Positions 22,206 through 33,823 of a DNA stretch of 42,295 nucleotides are shown here, piece after piece. Source of the stretch: Nemertoderma westbladi (taxonomy: Eukaryota > Animalia > Xenacoelomorpha). The translations under genes and the position numbers were made by a program. Under the pieces are notes generated by a model. It had not been told where the DNA came from. It searched no databases and saw nothing but the letters and a program-made list of their open reading frames with translations. Within the stretch, counting starts at the first letter, position 1; every line of letters begins with the position of its first letter. The stretch covers positions 1-42,295 of the forward strand of contig JAUCBJ010003871.1 of the NCBI GenBank assembly GCA_032718475.1. Reading direction: 5' to 3'.

Positions 22206-25200
22206 GTAACAGTATAGTAAAGAACCTGCGTAGTGCGTATAGTAACAGTATAGTAAAGAACCTGCGTAGTGCGTATAGAAACAGTATAGTAAAGAACCTG
22301 CGTATAGTAACAGTATAGTAAAGAACCTGCGTAGTGCCTATAGTAACAGTATAGTAAAGAACCTGCGTAGTGCGTATAGTAACAGTATAGTAAAGAACCT
22401 GCGTAGTGCGTATAGTAACAGTATAGTAAAGAACCTGGGTAGTGCGTATAGTAACAGTATAGTAAAGAACCTGCGTAGTGCGTATAGAAACAGTATAGTA
22501 AAGAACCTGCGTAGTGCGTATAGTAATAGTATAGTAAAGAACCTGGGTAGTGCGTATAGTAATAGTATAGTAAAGAACCTGCGTAGTGCGTATAGTAATA
22601 GTATAGTAAAGAACCTGCGTAGTGCCTATAGTAACAGTATAGTAAAGAACCTGCGTAGTGCGTATAGTAATAGTATAGTAAAGAACCTGGGTAGTGCGTA
22701 TAGTAACAGTATAGTAAAGAACCTGCGTAGTGCGTATAGAAACAGTATAGTAAAGAACCTGCGTAGTGCGTATAGTAACAGTATAGTAAAGAACCTGCGT
22801 AGTGCCTATAGTAACAGTATAGTAAAGAACCTGCGTAGTGCGTATAGTAATAGTATAGTAAAGAACCTGCGTAGTGCGTATAGAAACAGTATACTGTAGT
22901 AAAGAACCTGGGTAGTGCGTATAGTAACAGTATAGTAAAGAACCTGCGTAGTGCGTATAGTAACAGTATAGTAAAGAACCTGCGTAGTGCGTATAGTAAC
23001 AGTATAGTAAAGAACCTGCGTAGTGCCTATAGTAACAGTATAGTAAAGAACCTGCGTATAGTAACAGTATAGTAAAGAACCTGCGTAGTGCGTATAGTAA
23101 CAGTATAGTAAAGAACCTGCGTAGTGCGTATAGTAACAGTATAGTAAAGAACCTGCGTAGTGCCTATAGTAACAGTATAGTAAAGAACCTGCGTATAGTA
23201 ACAGTATAGTAAAGAACCTGCGTAGTGCGTATAGTAACAGTATAGTAAAGAACCTGCGTATAGTAACAGTATAGTAAAGAACCTGCGTAGTGCGTATAGT
23301 AACAGTATAGTAAAGAACCTGCGTAGTGCGTATAGTAACAGTATAGTAAAGAACCTGCGTAGTGCCTATAGTAACAGTATAGTAAAGAACCTGCGTAGTG
23401 CCTATAGTAACAGTATAGTAAAGAACCTGCGTAGTGCGTATAGAAACAGTATAGTAAAGAACCTGCGTAGTGCGTATAGAAACAGTATAGTAAAGAACCT
23501 GTGTAGTGCGTATAGTAACAGTATAGTAAAGAACCTGCGTAGTGCGTATAGTAACAGTATAGTAAAGAACCTGCGTAGTGCCTATAGTAACAGTATAGTA
23601 AAGAACCTGCGTAGTGCGTATAGTAACAGTATAGTAAAGAACCTGCGTAGTGCGTATAGTAACAGTATAGTAAAGAACCTGCGTAGTGCCTATAGTAACA
23701 GTATAGTAAAGAACCTGCGTAGTGCGTATAGTAACAGTATAGTAAAGAACCTGCGTAGTGCGTATAGTAACAGTATAGTAAAGAACCTGCGTAGTGCCTA
23801 TAGTAACAGTATAGTAAAGAACCTGCGTAGTGCGTATAGTAACAGTATAGTAAAGAACCTGCGTATAGAAACAGTATAGTAAAGAACCTGCGTAGTGCGT
23901 ATAGAAACAGTATAGTAAAGAACCTGCGTAGTGCGTATAGTAACAGTATAGTAAGGAACCTGCGTATAGAAACAGTATAGTAAAGAACCTGCGTAGTGCG
24001 TATAGAAACAGTATAGTAAAGAACCTGCGTAGTGCGTATAGTAACAGTATAGTAAAGAACCTGCGTAGTGCGTATAGTAACAGTATAGTAAAGAACCTGG
24101 GTAGTGCGTATAGTAACAGTATAGTAAAGAACCTGGGTATTGCGTATAGTAACAGTATAGTAAAGAACCTGCGTAGTGCCTATAGTAACAGTATAGTAAA
24201 GAACCTGCGTAGTGCGTATAGTAACAGTATAGTAAAGAACCTGCGTAGTGCGTATAGTAACAGTATAGTAAAGAACCTGCGTAGTGCCTATAGTAACAGT
24301 ATAGTAAAGAACCTGCGTAGTGCGTATAGTAACAGTATAGTAAAGAACCTGCGTAGTGCGTATAGTAACAGTATAGTAAAGAACCTGCGTAGTGCCTATA
24401 GTAACAGTATAGTAAAGAACCTGCGTAGTGCGTATAGTAACAGTATAGTAAAGAACCTGCGTAGTGCGTATAGTAACAGTATAGTAAAGAACCTGCGTAG
24501 TGCGTATAGTAACAGTATAGTAAAGAACCTGCGTAGTGCGTATAGTAACAGTATAGTAAAGAACCTGGGTAGTGCGTATAGTAACAGTATAGTAAAGAAC
24601 CTGGGTAGTGCGTATAGAAACAGTATAGTAAAGAACCTGCGTAGTGCGTATAGTAACAGTATAGTAAAGAACCTGGGTAGTGCGTATAGAAACAGTATAG
24701 TAAAGAACCTGCGTATAGTAACAGTATAGTAAAGAACCTGCGTAGTGCCTATAGTAACAGTATAGTAAAGAACCTGCGTAGTGCGTATAGTAACAGTATA
24801 GTAAAGAACCTGCGTAGTGCGTATAGTAACAGTATAGTAAAGAACCTGGGTAGTGCGTATAGTAACAGTATAGTAAAGAACCTGCGTATAGTAACAGTAT
24901 AGTAAAGAACCAGCGTAGTGCGTATAGTAACAGTATAGTAAAGAACCTGCGTAGTGCCTATAGTAACAGTATAGTAAAGAACCTGCGTAGTGCGTATAGA
25001 AACAGTATAGTAAAGAACCTGCGTAGTGCGTATAGTAACAGTATAGTAAAGAACCTGCGTAGTGCGTATAGTAACAGTATAGTAAAGAACCTGCGTAGTG
25101 CCTATAGTAACAGTATAGTAAAGAACCTGCGTAGTGCGTATAGTAACAGTATAGTAAAGAACCTGCGTAGTGCGTATAGTAACAGTATAGTAAAGAACCT

Positions 25201-28020
25201 GCGTAGTGCGTATAGTAACAGTATAGTAAAGAACCTGCGAGTGCTATAGTAACAGTATAGTAAAGAACCTGCGTAGTGCGTATAGTAACAGTATAGTAAA
25301 GAACCTGCGTAGTGCGTATAGTAACAGTATAGTAAAGAACCTGCGTATAGTAACAGTATAGTAAAGAACCTGCGTATAGTAACAGTATAGTAAAGAACCT
25401 GCGTAGTGCGTATAGTAACAGTATAGTAAAGAACCTGCGCAGTGCGTATAGTAACAGTATAGTAAAGAACCTGCGTAGTGCGTATAGTAACAGTATAGTA
25501 AAGAACCTGCGTAGTGCGTATAGTAACAGTATAGTAAAGAACCTGCGTAGTGCCTATAGTAACAGTATAGTAAAGAACCTGCGTAGTGCGTATAGTAACA
25601 GTATAGTAAAGAACCTGCGTAGTGCCTATAGTAACAGTATAGTAAAGAACCTGGGTAGTGCGTATAGTAACAGTATAGTAAAGAACCTGCGTAGTGCCTA
25701 TAGTAACAGTATAGTAAAGAACCTGCGTAGTGCGTATAGTAACAGTATAGTAAAGAACCTGCGTAGTGCGTATAGTAACAGTATAGTAAAGAACCTGCGT
25801 AGTGCCTATAGTAACAGTATAGTAAAGAACCTGCGTAGTGCGTATAGTAACAGTATAGTAAAGAACCTGCGTAGTGCCTATAGTAACAGTATAGTAAAGA
25901 ACCTGGGTAGTGCGTATAGTAACAGTATAGTAAAGAACCTGCGTAGTGCCTATAGTAACAGTATAGTAAAGAACCTGCGTAGTGCGTATAGTAACAGTAT
26001 AGTAAAGAACCTGCGTAGTGCGTATAGTAACAGTATAGTAAAGAACCTGCGTAGTGCGTATAGTAACAGTATAGTAAAGAACCTGCGTATAGTAACAGTA
26101 TAGTAAAGAACCTGCGTATAGTAACAGTATAGTAAAGAACCTGCGTAGTGCGTATAGTAACAGTATAGTAAAGAACCTGCGCAGTGCGTATAGTAACAGT
26201 ATAGTAAAGAACCTGCGTAGTGCGTATAGTAACAGTATAGTAAAGAACCTGCGTAGTGCGTATAGTAACAGTATAGTAAAGAACCTGCGTAGTGCCTATA
26301 GTAACAGTATAGTAAAGAACCTGCGTAGTGCGTATAGTAACAGTATAGTAAAGAACCTGCGTAGTGCCTATAGTAACAGTATAGTAAAGAACCTGCGTAG
26401 TGCGTATAGTAACAGTATAGTAAAGAACCTGGGTAGTGTGTATAGTAACAGTATAGTAAAGAACCTGCGTAGTGCGTATAGTAACAGTATAGTAAAGAAC
26501 CTGCGTAGTGCGTATAGTAACAGTATAGTAAAGAACCTGCGTAGTGCGTATAGTAACAGTATAGTAAAGAACCTGCGTAGTGCCTATAGTAACAGTATAG
26601 TAAAGAACCTGCGTAGTGCGTATAGTAACAGTATAGTAAAGAACCTGCGTAGTGCGTATAGTAACAGTATAGTAAAGAACCTGCGTAGTGTGTATAGTAA
26701 CAGTATAGTAAAGAACCTGCGTAGTGCGTATAGTAACAGTATAGTAAAGAACCTGGGTATAGTAACAGTATAGTAAAGAACCTGCGTAGTGCGTATAGTA
26801 ACAGTATAGTAAAGAACCTGCGTAGTGCCTATAGTAACAGTATAGTAAAGAACCTGCGTAGTGCGTATAGTAACAGTATAGTAAAGAACCTGCGTAGTGC
26901 GTATAGTAACAGTATAGTAAAGAACCTGCGTATAGTAACAGTATAGTAAAGAACCTGCGTAGTGCCTATAGTAACAGTATAGTAAAGAACCTGCGTAGTG
27001 CGTATAGTAACAGTATAGTAAAGAACCTGCGTAGTGCGTATAGTAACAGTATAGTAAAGAACCTGGGTAGTGTGTATAGTAAAGAACCTGCGTAGTGCGT
27101 ATAGTAACAGTATAGTAAAGAACCTGCGTAGTGCCTATAGTAACAGTATAGTAAAGAACCTGCGTAGTGCGTATAGTAACAGTATAGTAAAGAACCTGGG
27201 TAGTGTGTATAGTAACAGTATAGTAAAGAACCTGCGTAGTGCGTATAGTAACAGTATAGTAAAGAACCTGGGTAGTGTGTATAGTAACAGTATAGTAAAG
27301 AACCTGCGTAGTGCGTATAGTAACAGTATAGTAAAGAACCTGCGTAGTGCGTATAGTAACAGTATAGTAAAGAACCTGCGTAGTGCGTATAGTAACAGTA
27401 TAGTAAAGAACCTGCGTATAGTAACAGTATAGTAAAGAACCTGCGTAGTGCCTATAGTAACAGTATAGTAAAGAACCTGCGTAGTGCCTATAGTAACAGT
27501 ATAGTAAAGAACCTGCGTAGTGCCTATAGTAACAGTATAGTAAAGAACCTGCGTAGTGCGTATAGTAACAGTATAGTAAAGAACCTGCGTAGTGCGTATA
27601 GAAACAGTATAGTAAAGAACCAGCGTATAGTAACAGTATAGTAAAGAACCTGCGTAGTGCCTATAGTAACAGTATAGTAAAGAACCTGCGTAGTGCCTAT
27701 AGTAACAGTATAGTAAAGAACCTGCGTAGTGCCTATAGTAACAGTATAGTAAAGAACCTGCGTAGTGCCTATAGTAACAGTATAGTAAAGAACCTGCGTA
27801 GTGCGTATAGTAACAGTATAGTAAAGAACCTGCGTAGTGCGTATAGTAATAGTATAGTAAAGAACCTGCGTAGTGCGTATAGTAACAGTATAGTAAAGAA
27901 CCTGCGTAGTGCGTATAGTAACAGTATAGTAAAGAACCTGCGTAGTGCGTATAGTAATAGTATAGTAAAGAACCTGCGTAGTGCGTATAGTAACAGTATA
28001 GTAAAGAACCTGCGTATAGT
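22206..28020. repeat. 36-bp satellite, block 3 (~5.8 kb, roughly 165 units)
   Basis: Same unit with point variants (GTGCCT, CCTGGG, GAAACAG, GTAATAG, GTGTGT) and 29-bp deletion units; decays at ~28020-28051. Confidence 0.98.
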
Positions 28021-28227
28021 AGTAAGAGTATGGTACTGTAAGTAACCAGCGTTTCTCATTCTCACCTGTCTTATCAACACCGAGTTTGTACCAAAGGATC
28101 GACGTATTACATCGCATCATAGAGTAGACGTCATTGTTTACATACATACATCTCTCAGCCACTATAATGCATATTGCCGGCCGCTTCTGCAGCCCCATTC
28201 CTCAACAGTTTTGCAAACAGCCGTGTT

Positions 28228-28329
28228 AATCCCCAATTCCTCTTCATTATAATCCCAATTCCTCTTCATTATAATCCCCAATTCCTCTTCATTATAATCC
28301 CCAATTCCTCTTCATTATAATCCCCAATT
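28228..28329. repeat. 23-bp tandem repeat, ~4.4 copies
   Basis: Unit AATCCCCAATTCCTCTTCATTAT. Confidence 0.9.
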
Positions 28330-28817
28330 TAACTTTGTATTTATTATTAGATATATCAATGGCCGCAGCTCAACCGCCCCACGATTTGGGAAAAGAAGTT
28401 TCGAAAAGTAATGGAGTAATAATGGATAATGGAAAAGAAACAAGAAAACACACGAAAGAAAAGGGACACTATCAAAACCTTAATCTTGAGAGACTGAACC
28501 CGCAGGGTAATTTTTATTTTCTGGTGTGTGGGATTGCTTGCTAGTATGATTTCAGTTACTGTAATGGTTATCAACCCTTAAAATACAGTAGGCGTTATTT
28601 TAATTATTCAATGGTCATTGCGATCATATCTTCTTCACGGTCAATTTGTCGTGTTTCTATTGCTTCCCATTTGGTTGATATAATATGTATTATTTTATTC
28701 ATAAAATTTAAATTATCAGTCAAATTTATATTTCCGCTTTCAACCTATAGCTAGAAACTTGTAAAAAAGGATATTGCGCCAGTCCCGCCGTAGTTATTCT
28801 AAGACCTTACTATTCCA

Positions 28818-29140
28818 GAATATGGTGTAATTATTGAATAGCAAAAAATAGCCTTGTGCAGGTGCAAAAGCATGAAACTTTCGAAAGCGCATATCAGCTA
28901 ATTCGCATGAAATTCAGATTATGTTACAGATTTGGACTCCTTATATGATGGGCTGGGCAGTTTTCCATTGGTACCAACAAATCACAATGAGGTTGAAGAA
29001 TAACTGCAGTGTAACTGCTGCAATATCGACCTTTTTCAAAAGCTTGTAGCTAAAGATAGAAAGCAAATATTATGCAATATCATAAATATTTGAATAAAGG
29101 TTTCGGGTGTGCGAGGTACCTGAATAATGACACTATATTC
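28818..29140. mobile_element. Possible small MITE
   Basis: GAATATGGTGTAATTATT (28818-28835) is an inverted match (16/18) to AATAATGACACTATATTC (29123-29140); no clear TSD. Confidence 0.3.
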
Positions 29141-29735
29141 CAGGATATGGTATAGTGTATGTAGGTAGACCTACAATATAGTCAAAGTTATACATCTCTT
29201 ATGATGTAGGCCCCCGCCTTACACTTAATGCATCTTTTGATCGTGTTTTTTTTTGTATGTTTGTTTTTGCTCGCTATTGTTTTTTACTACCATGACAATT
29301 TGATGATTATTTTGGGCAATTAATTTATTTACATATCTGATTTCAATGATTATTTCGAACAATTTCTATTTATATTATTCATTTGTTATTGAAATAACCT
29401 ACTTAGAGCGTTATATTCCCTGGACTAAATAGTTATATATTTTGTGTAATCGGTAATCAATGTGTGTTTATTTATTTCTTCCTATGGTCTATAAATACAT
29501 ACATACATATGTTATTCCCTCACTGACCGAAATTCAGAAATTTTGCCCCGTGTAACGATTTTTGCACCAGTTGAAATTTTTGAAAACTTGCAAAATCGTG
29601 TAAAACTCAATTCACGTTTTCGAATCACAAATCAATTAAATATAGTGAGAAACTGTGCTGAAAATTGTTTATCTCTTATCCTATAAAAAAAATATACAAA
29701 TAAACATGATTTGAACAATAAATTATCACAATAAA

Positions 29736-32700
29736 TCACCGAGATTTATTAATACTTTCAGTTTCGTCGCCCGATCCAAATTGCTCGCTAAGACCCGATT
29801 GCCCTAGCAACTGTAGTTTCATACGACGGTTGTCGGCGGTAGCAGCCCTCCACATAATCTCCATATCAGTCTGTAATTTCCTTTGTTCCGTTTGTAGTTC
29901 CTCCACTTGGCCCTGCTTTTTCCCATTTATTTCCCGTAAGTAGCGGATCTCCCTTTCTAACTCACGTTTCATTTCTCCGAATTCTGCATCTTTATTTCCC
30001 AATCGGTCGTTCATCACGTTCACCGTATCCTTCATTTTACTCCGATTTATACTCAACTTCTGCTCGAGTTTTCCAATCGCAAGGTTCGCTTCTAACACTC
30101 TATGGACAGCTTTATCTTTGTCGGCAGTGTAGCTTTTAGCAAGTTGAGCGTATGTATCTCTCTCGAAAGCTGCTTGCTCGGCTACTTTTAGTAACTCAGC
30201 AACGTGACTTTCGTAATCAGATTCTTTGTTCTTATAATGGTGATGGCGTTCTTCCAAGGATTTACATTTTGACTTCAGTTTTTTCACAGTTTCATCAGCG
30301 CTTTCCTTATACTGAGTTTCGATCTTCAGTTGACTTTCCAGTTCAATTAACCTCCCATTCTTAATTCTACAATCCTGATCAAGATTAAGTATTTTTCCTT
30401 CGCTTTTATCTAAGTCGTTCTTCAACTTCTCTTTTGCAGCACTGAGCTCTCTTGTGACTTTATCAAGGGCCTTCCTATGATCTTCTATCTCTATACTGTT
30501 ATCGTTTGCTTTAAACTGTTCATTGAGCTTACTGTGTAGTGCCCCAGAGCGAATCATTAAATCGGTATTCTCCAACTCTAATTGACATCTTTGTGTCTCA
30601 GAATCGATGAGTTTCTCTTTGATTCTCTGAACTTCGTCAACGTGAAGTCTCTTAGAATCCTCGTGACTCTCAACTAAGTCATCCAATTGTTCTTTAAGAA
30701 AGTGGTTGTTATCGAGTACGAGTTTGGCCTGTTTCTGAAAGCTTTTCCACTCACTTGCGTTAAGCGGTGATTGGATAATAGGCGTTGTTCTGTGATCCTT
30801 ACGCAATCGACTAATCTCAATGTTTAGTTCATTGACGTGCTGCTTTAAGGTTTGCATCTCGGCTTCATGTTTATGTGACTTTGGTTGCGTTTGTTTCCCT
30901 GCCGACTGCGCAGCATCCAGTTTATCCCGCAGTATGCAATTCTCTTCGACATGGAACGTGTTCTGCTTCTGAAGGTTCTTCACTGTTGTCTCCAGTTGCT
31001 TTATTTTATCATCACGTGTTTGAATTCCGGCTGCAACATTAGTGTAATAATTAGTGCAATAAATAGTGTAATAATATGTGTAAATGTCAGAGATTCAACA
31101 ATTTTGCTGGTAAACAAACATGAGGTTGTCATGTTTTTCCACCGCGATTATTGATAGTAATTCAATGTGTACATGTTAAGCAGACATATCTGGTGCAGAC
31201 ACATGGTACATAGACTTGGTGTAGACACATGGTGTATACAGGCGGATACACCTGGTGCAGATATACACCTGCTGCACATAAATGGTGCAGACACCTGGTT
31301 CATACACCTGTTGTATACAGATGGTGCAGAAACATACAGTAATGCAGACACGTGGTGTAGTCACGTAGTGAAGAAGCATTTGACAAACTAGAGGAGAAGT
31401 GGTGCAGATTAGATGGTATCTGTTGCATGGTGGAGACACCTGCTGCAGTCACCTGTTTGGTTGTTGCAGAAACATATTGCAGACAGTTTGTGCAGATTAG
31501 CATGTGACAGACAGGTGGTGCAGATTATAGAGGACACATGTTGTATTATGGTAAGAACACATGGTGCAGACACCTGGTTTAGATAGAAAGTGCAGACAGT
31601 CAGACACCGGGTGCAGACTAGCTGACACCTGGTGAAATATGGTACAACTGGCTGACTGGTGGGTGGATATAGAGCTGGTGCAGACACCTTGTGCAGGCGT
31701 ATTATATAAACAATTACTGTACCTGTAGTATAAATTTACATAAATTAAGCATTGTTTTAATATAAAATTATGTATTAACATATTACATACCTTCACGCGA
31801 CGCAGTTAGTTGGGCATTTATCTGAGTCATCCGCTTGTTCTGATTGGCTAGTTTCTTCTCCAAAGCGTCTTTCTCAGCCTCTAATACAGCGATACGTCGC
31901 TTCAACCTCTCATTCTCCAACTTCATATCGGAAGTCTGCTGCTGCCGATATAAGTCCTTAACAACAGAGCGTTCCCCGGCCTTGACGACCAACCACTGCT
32001 TGCACACAAACTCGTAACTCATCTCACCAACAACGTCCTCAACCTCAACAGTCTCCACAAACCACGACTCGTCTGTCTCAACCAAATCGTTGGTCTCTAG
32101 TTCCAAACGTATCCGCAAGAGGTCGCCCCATGACGCATTTGATCCGACACTCACGACGTCCTTACCGCCGGGACGGAACGCGTCTAATGGGTTCGTGTGG
32201 AGGTCGTTGAGACAAAGACGAGACGAATCGTGACTTTCGCCATAGATAGTCGCGTAAACGCTGCAATCTGTGCCCGCGTTGTCTTGACTACCGGTGTAAA
32301 CAGCTATGTTATATGAGTGGGTATCACTTATTGGTGTAGGAGAATCAACTACATCGTCCTCGTCGTAATTGCGTTCTGGAATAGGAGGAGTCGGTGTCCT
32401 AGCGACATCCGTGATAGACACAATGTTATCGTCGTCATCATCAGACCAATCATCATTAATAACAGAGTCTTTAGCGACTCTCGTATAAGATGGTGAGTCC
32501 TCTGGTACTAAAGTGTGGTACAACGGCGTCCTTGTCTCGATAACTATCTCTGTTTCTTCATAATCCTCATATTCAGATGTGCCATCTGGTTGGTCCACCG
32601 GCGGTAGTGGCGGTGGTGGTCTCTGGTGTCTAGGTTCCTCTACGTTACCCAGGGCAACCAGGCCCGCGTTTAGTATGGCACCCTGCAGGAAGCTGGGTAG

Positions 32701-32823
32701 CGGTGGGTCTTTGGGGGGTATCGGAGATTTAGGAACAATAGCGAATATCGCGCTAGGAATTAAACTCCTTCCAATGTTTGGCTTTTCAACCTGGCGTTTC
32801 GAACCTTTCTTCTTTTGAACCAT
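29736..32823 (-). CDS. CEP89: Centrosomal protein 89 (CEP89/CCDC123)-like with an internal PLAT/LH2 domain (exons 32823-31791 and 31030-29736, ~775 aa)
   Basis: The donor GAAG|GTATGT (31790) and acceptor CTAATGTTGCAG| (31031) join in phase 1. The N-terminal NIGRSLIPSA...VPKSP...AIL and the C-terminal EWKSFQKQAKLVLDNN, AEQAAFERD, NLAIGKLEQKL and MEIMWRAATADNRRMK resemble the CEP89 sequence as recalled. Confidence 0.85.
31185..31690. repeat. Degenerate repeat of a TGGTGCAGACAC core in the CEP89 intron
   Basis: More than ten irregularly spaced GGTG(C/T)AGA(C/T)AC motifs. Confidence 0.7.
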
Positions 32824-33219
32824 AACTACGTTTGACAGTATTTCTAAAGGTGAATGTGTGTTGTTTAATGTTATATCTGATAAGAAACAAATTTTTCCGA
32901 AACAAATATTCACTGTATTATCAGAAAATATATTTTTAAAAAAATTTTGTACACAGTAGGTTCAATATATTATATTATTATATTTTGTATATTTCATATT
33001 TATATGAAAATTTTTAAAATTTTATATATACCGGTAATTATATTTTATATAATATATATTATATAAATACAGTTTTTAAAAGATTTTCAATATTTTATAT
33101 TATTTAAATTGCTTCATTGAATATCACTTTATTGCTACGAGTATTTTGTATTTAGCAGTTGCAGCAGTAGTTAGTTACTTTCTCCAGAGGAACTCTTGGC
33201 AGAATCAACTTGAACTTGC

Positions 33220-33311
33220 TTCATCACCCTGGTGACGTTAAAAACATCCCTTCCTAGCCAATCAGGAACTCTGTCACTATGTCATTTAGGAAGTGAAATC
33301 AGAAATGGCGG
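33220..33311. promoter_or_regulatory. Candidate bidirectional promoter core between CEP89 and NEK9
   Basis: Cluster of an X-box-like ATCACCCTGGTGAC (33223-33236), CCAAT box AGCCAATCAG (33256-33265), ETS-like AGGAAGTG (33288-33295) and YY1-like AAATGGCGG (33303-33311) in the 1-kb gap between divergent ATGs. Confidence 0.45.
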
Positions 33312-33823
33312 TAAATTCAAAAAACGTCAATAGATTATTCTTTATTTTATAATAATTATTAATTAGGCCTATAGGTACAGACAGACAATCCGGCCTGACC
33401 AGCAGCAGCCGGTAACCAGTTCTGGTTATACTGGTATCCGGGACTGAACCGGTGTTGCACGATGTTAACTTTATTTAAGTTAATTGAAAATGGCAATGTA
33501 GTAAATAAATGTGCATTAATTACTCAGTACCGGTACTTATGTAGGAAGCATAAGTTGTCGTCCTGCATGTATTTTCAGATTTTGTCTATGTGAAATCATT
33601 ACACTACCGGTGCAACTAACGGCAACTCATTGAGTGCTGATTTTAAGGTTAGTCTAGGCCTTTTATCATTGCCTAACATTACATTTCATTTTACAATACA
33701 CATTAGGCCTACATTCCTTTTAACAATAGTGATTTAATATGGCGTTTCTTGCTCGGCTTACAGGTAGCGGTAATTCAGTGATATATTTATAGTATAATAC
33801 TGTACTCTATCTGTCTATTATAC

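Noticed and set aside
11492-28020. 36-bp repeat as a CRISPR array
   Set aside because: The units are head-to-tail with no unique spacers, there are no cas genes, and the context is intron-containing eukaryotic DNA.
22206-28020. Telomeric repeat interpretation
   Set aside because: The array is interstitial, with genes on both sides, and does not resemble short G-rich telomerase repeats.
12208-28100. Satellite plus LINE as a giant intron of an intact calmodulin-like gene, with VDKTGE at ~28060-28080 as EF1 and the variant unit QVLCYTLTNALR as the missing helix
   Set aside because: There is no AG acceptor at the 12208 junction and the upstream peptide fits EF1 poorly. The genomic A21 tail with satellite beyond it is better explained by a truncated retrocopy.
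11438-28198. Satellite ORFs (YAGSLLYCYYTH, RRFFTILLLYAL, TQVLYYTVTIRT, SIVKNLRSAYSN repeats)
   Set aside because: These arise because a 36-nt unit lacks stop triplets on the minus strand and in one plus frame. Frequent 29-bp units break the frames, so there is no sign of coding constraint.
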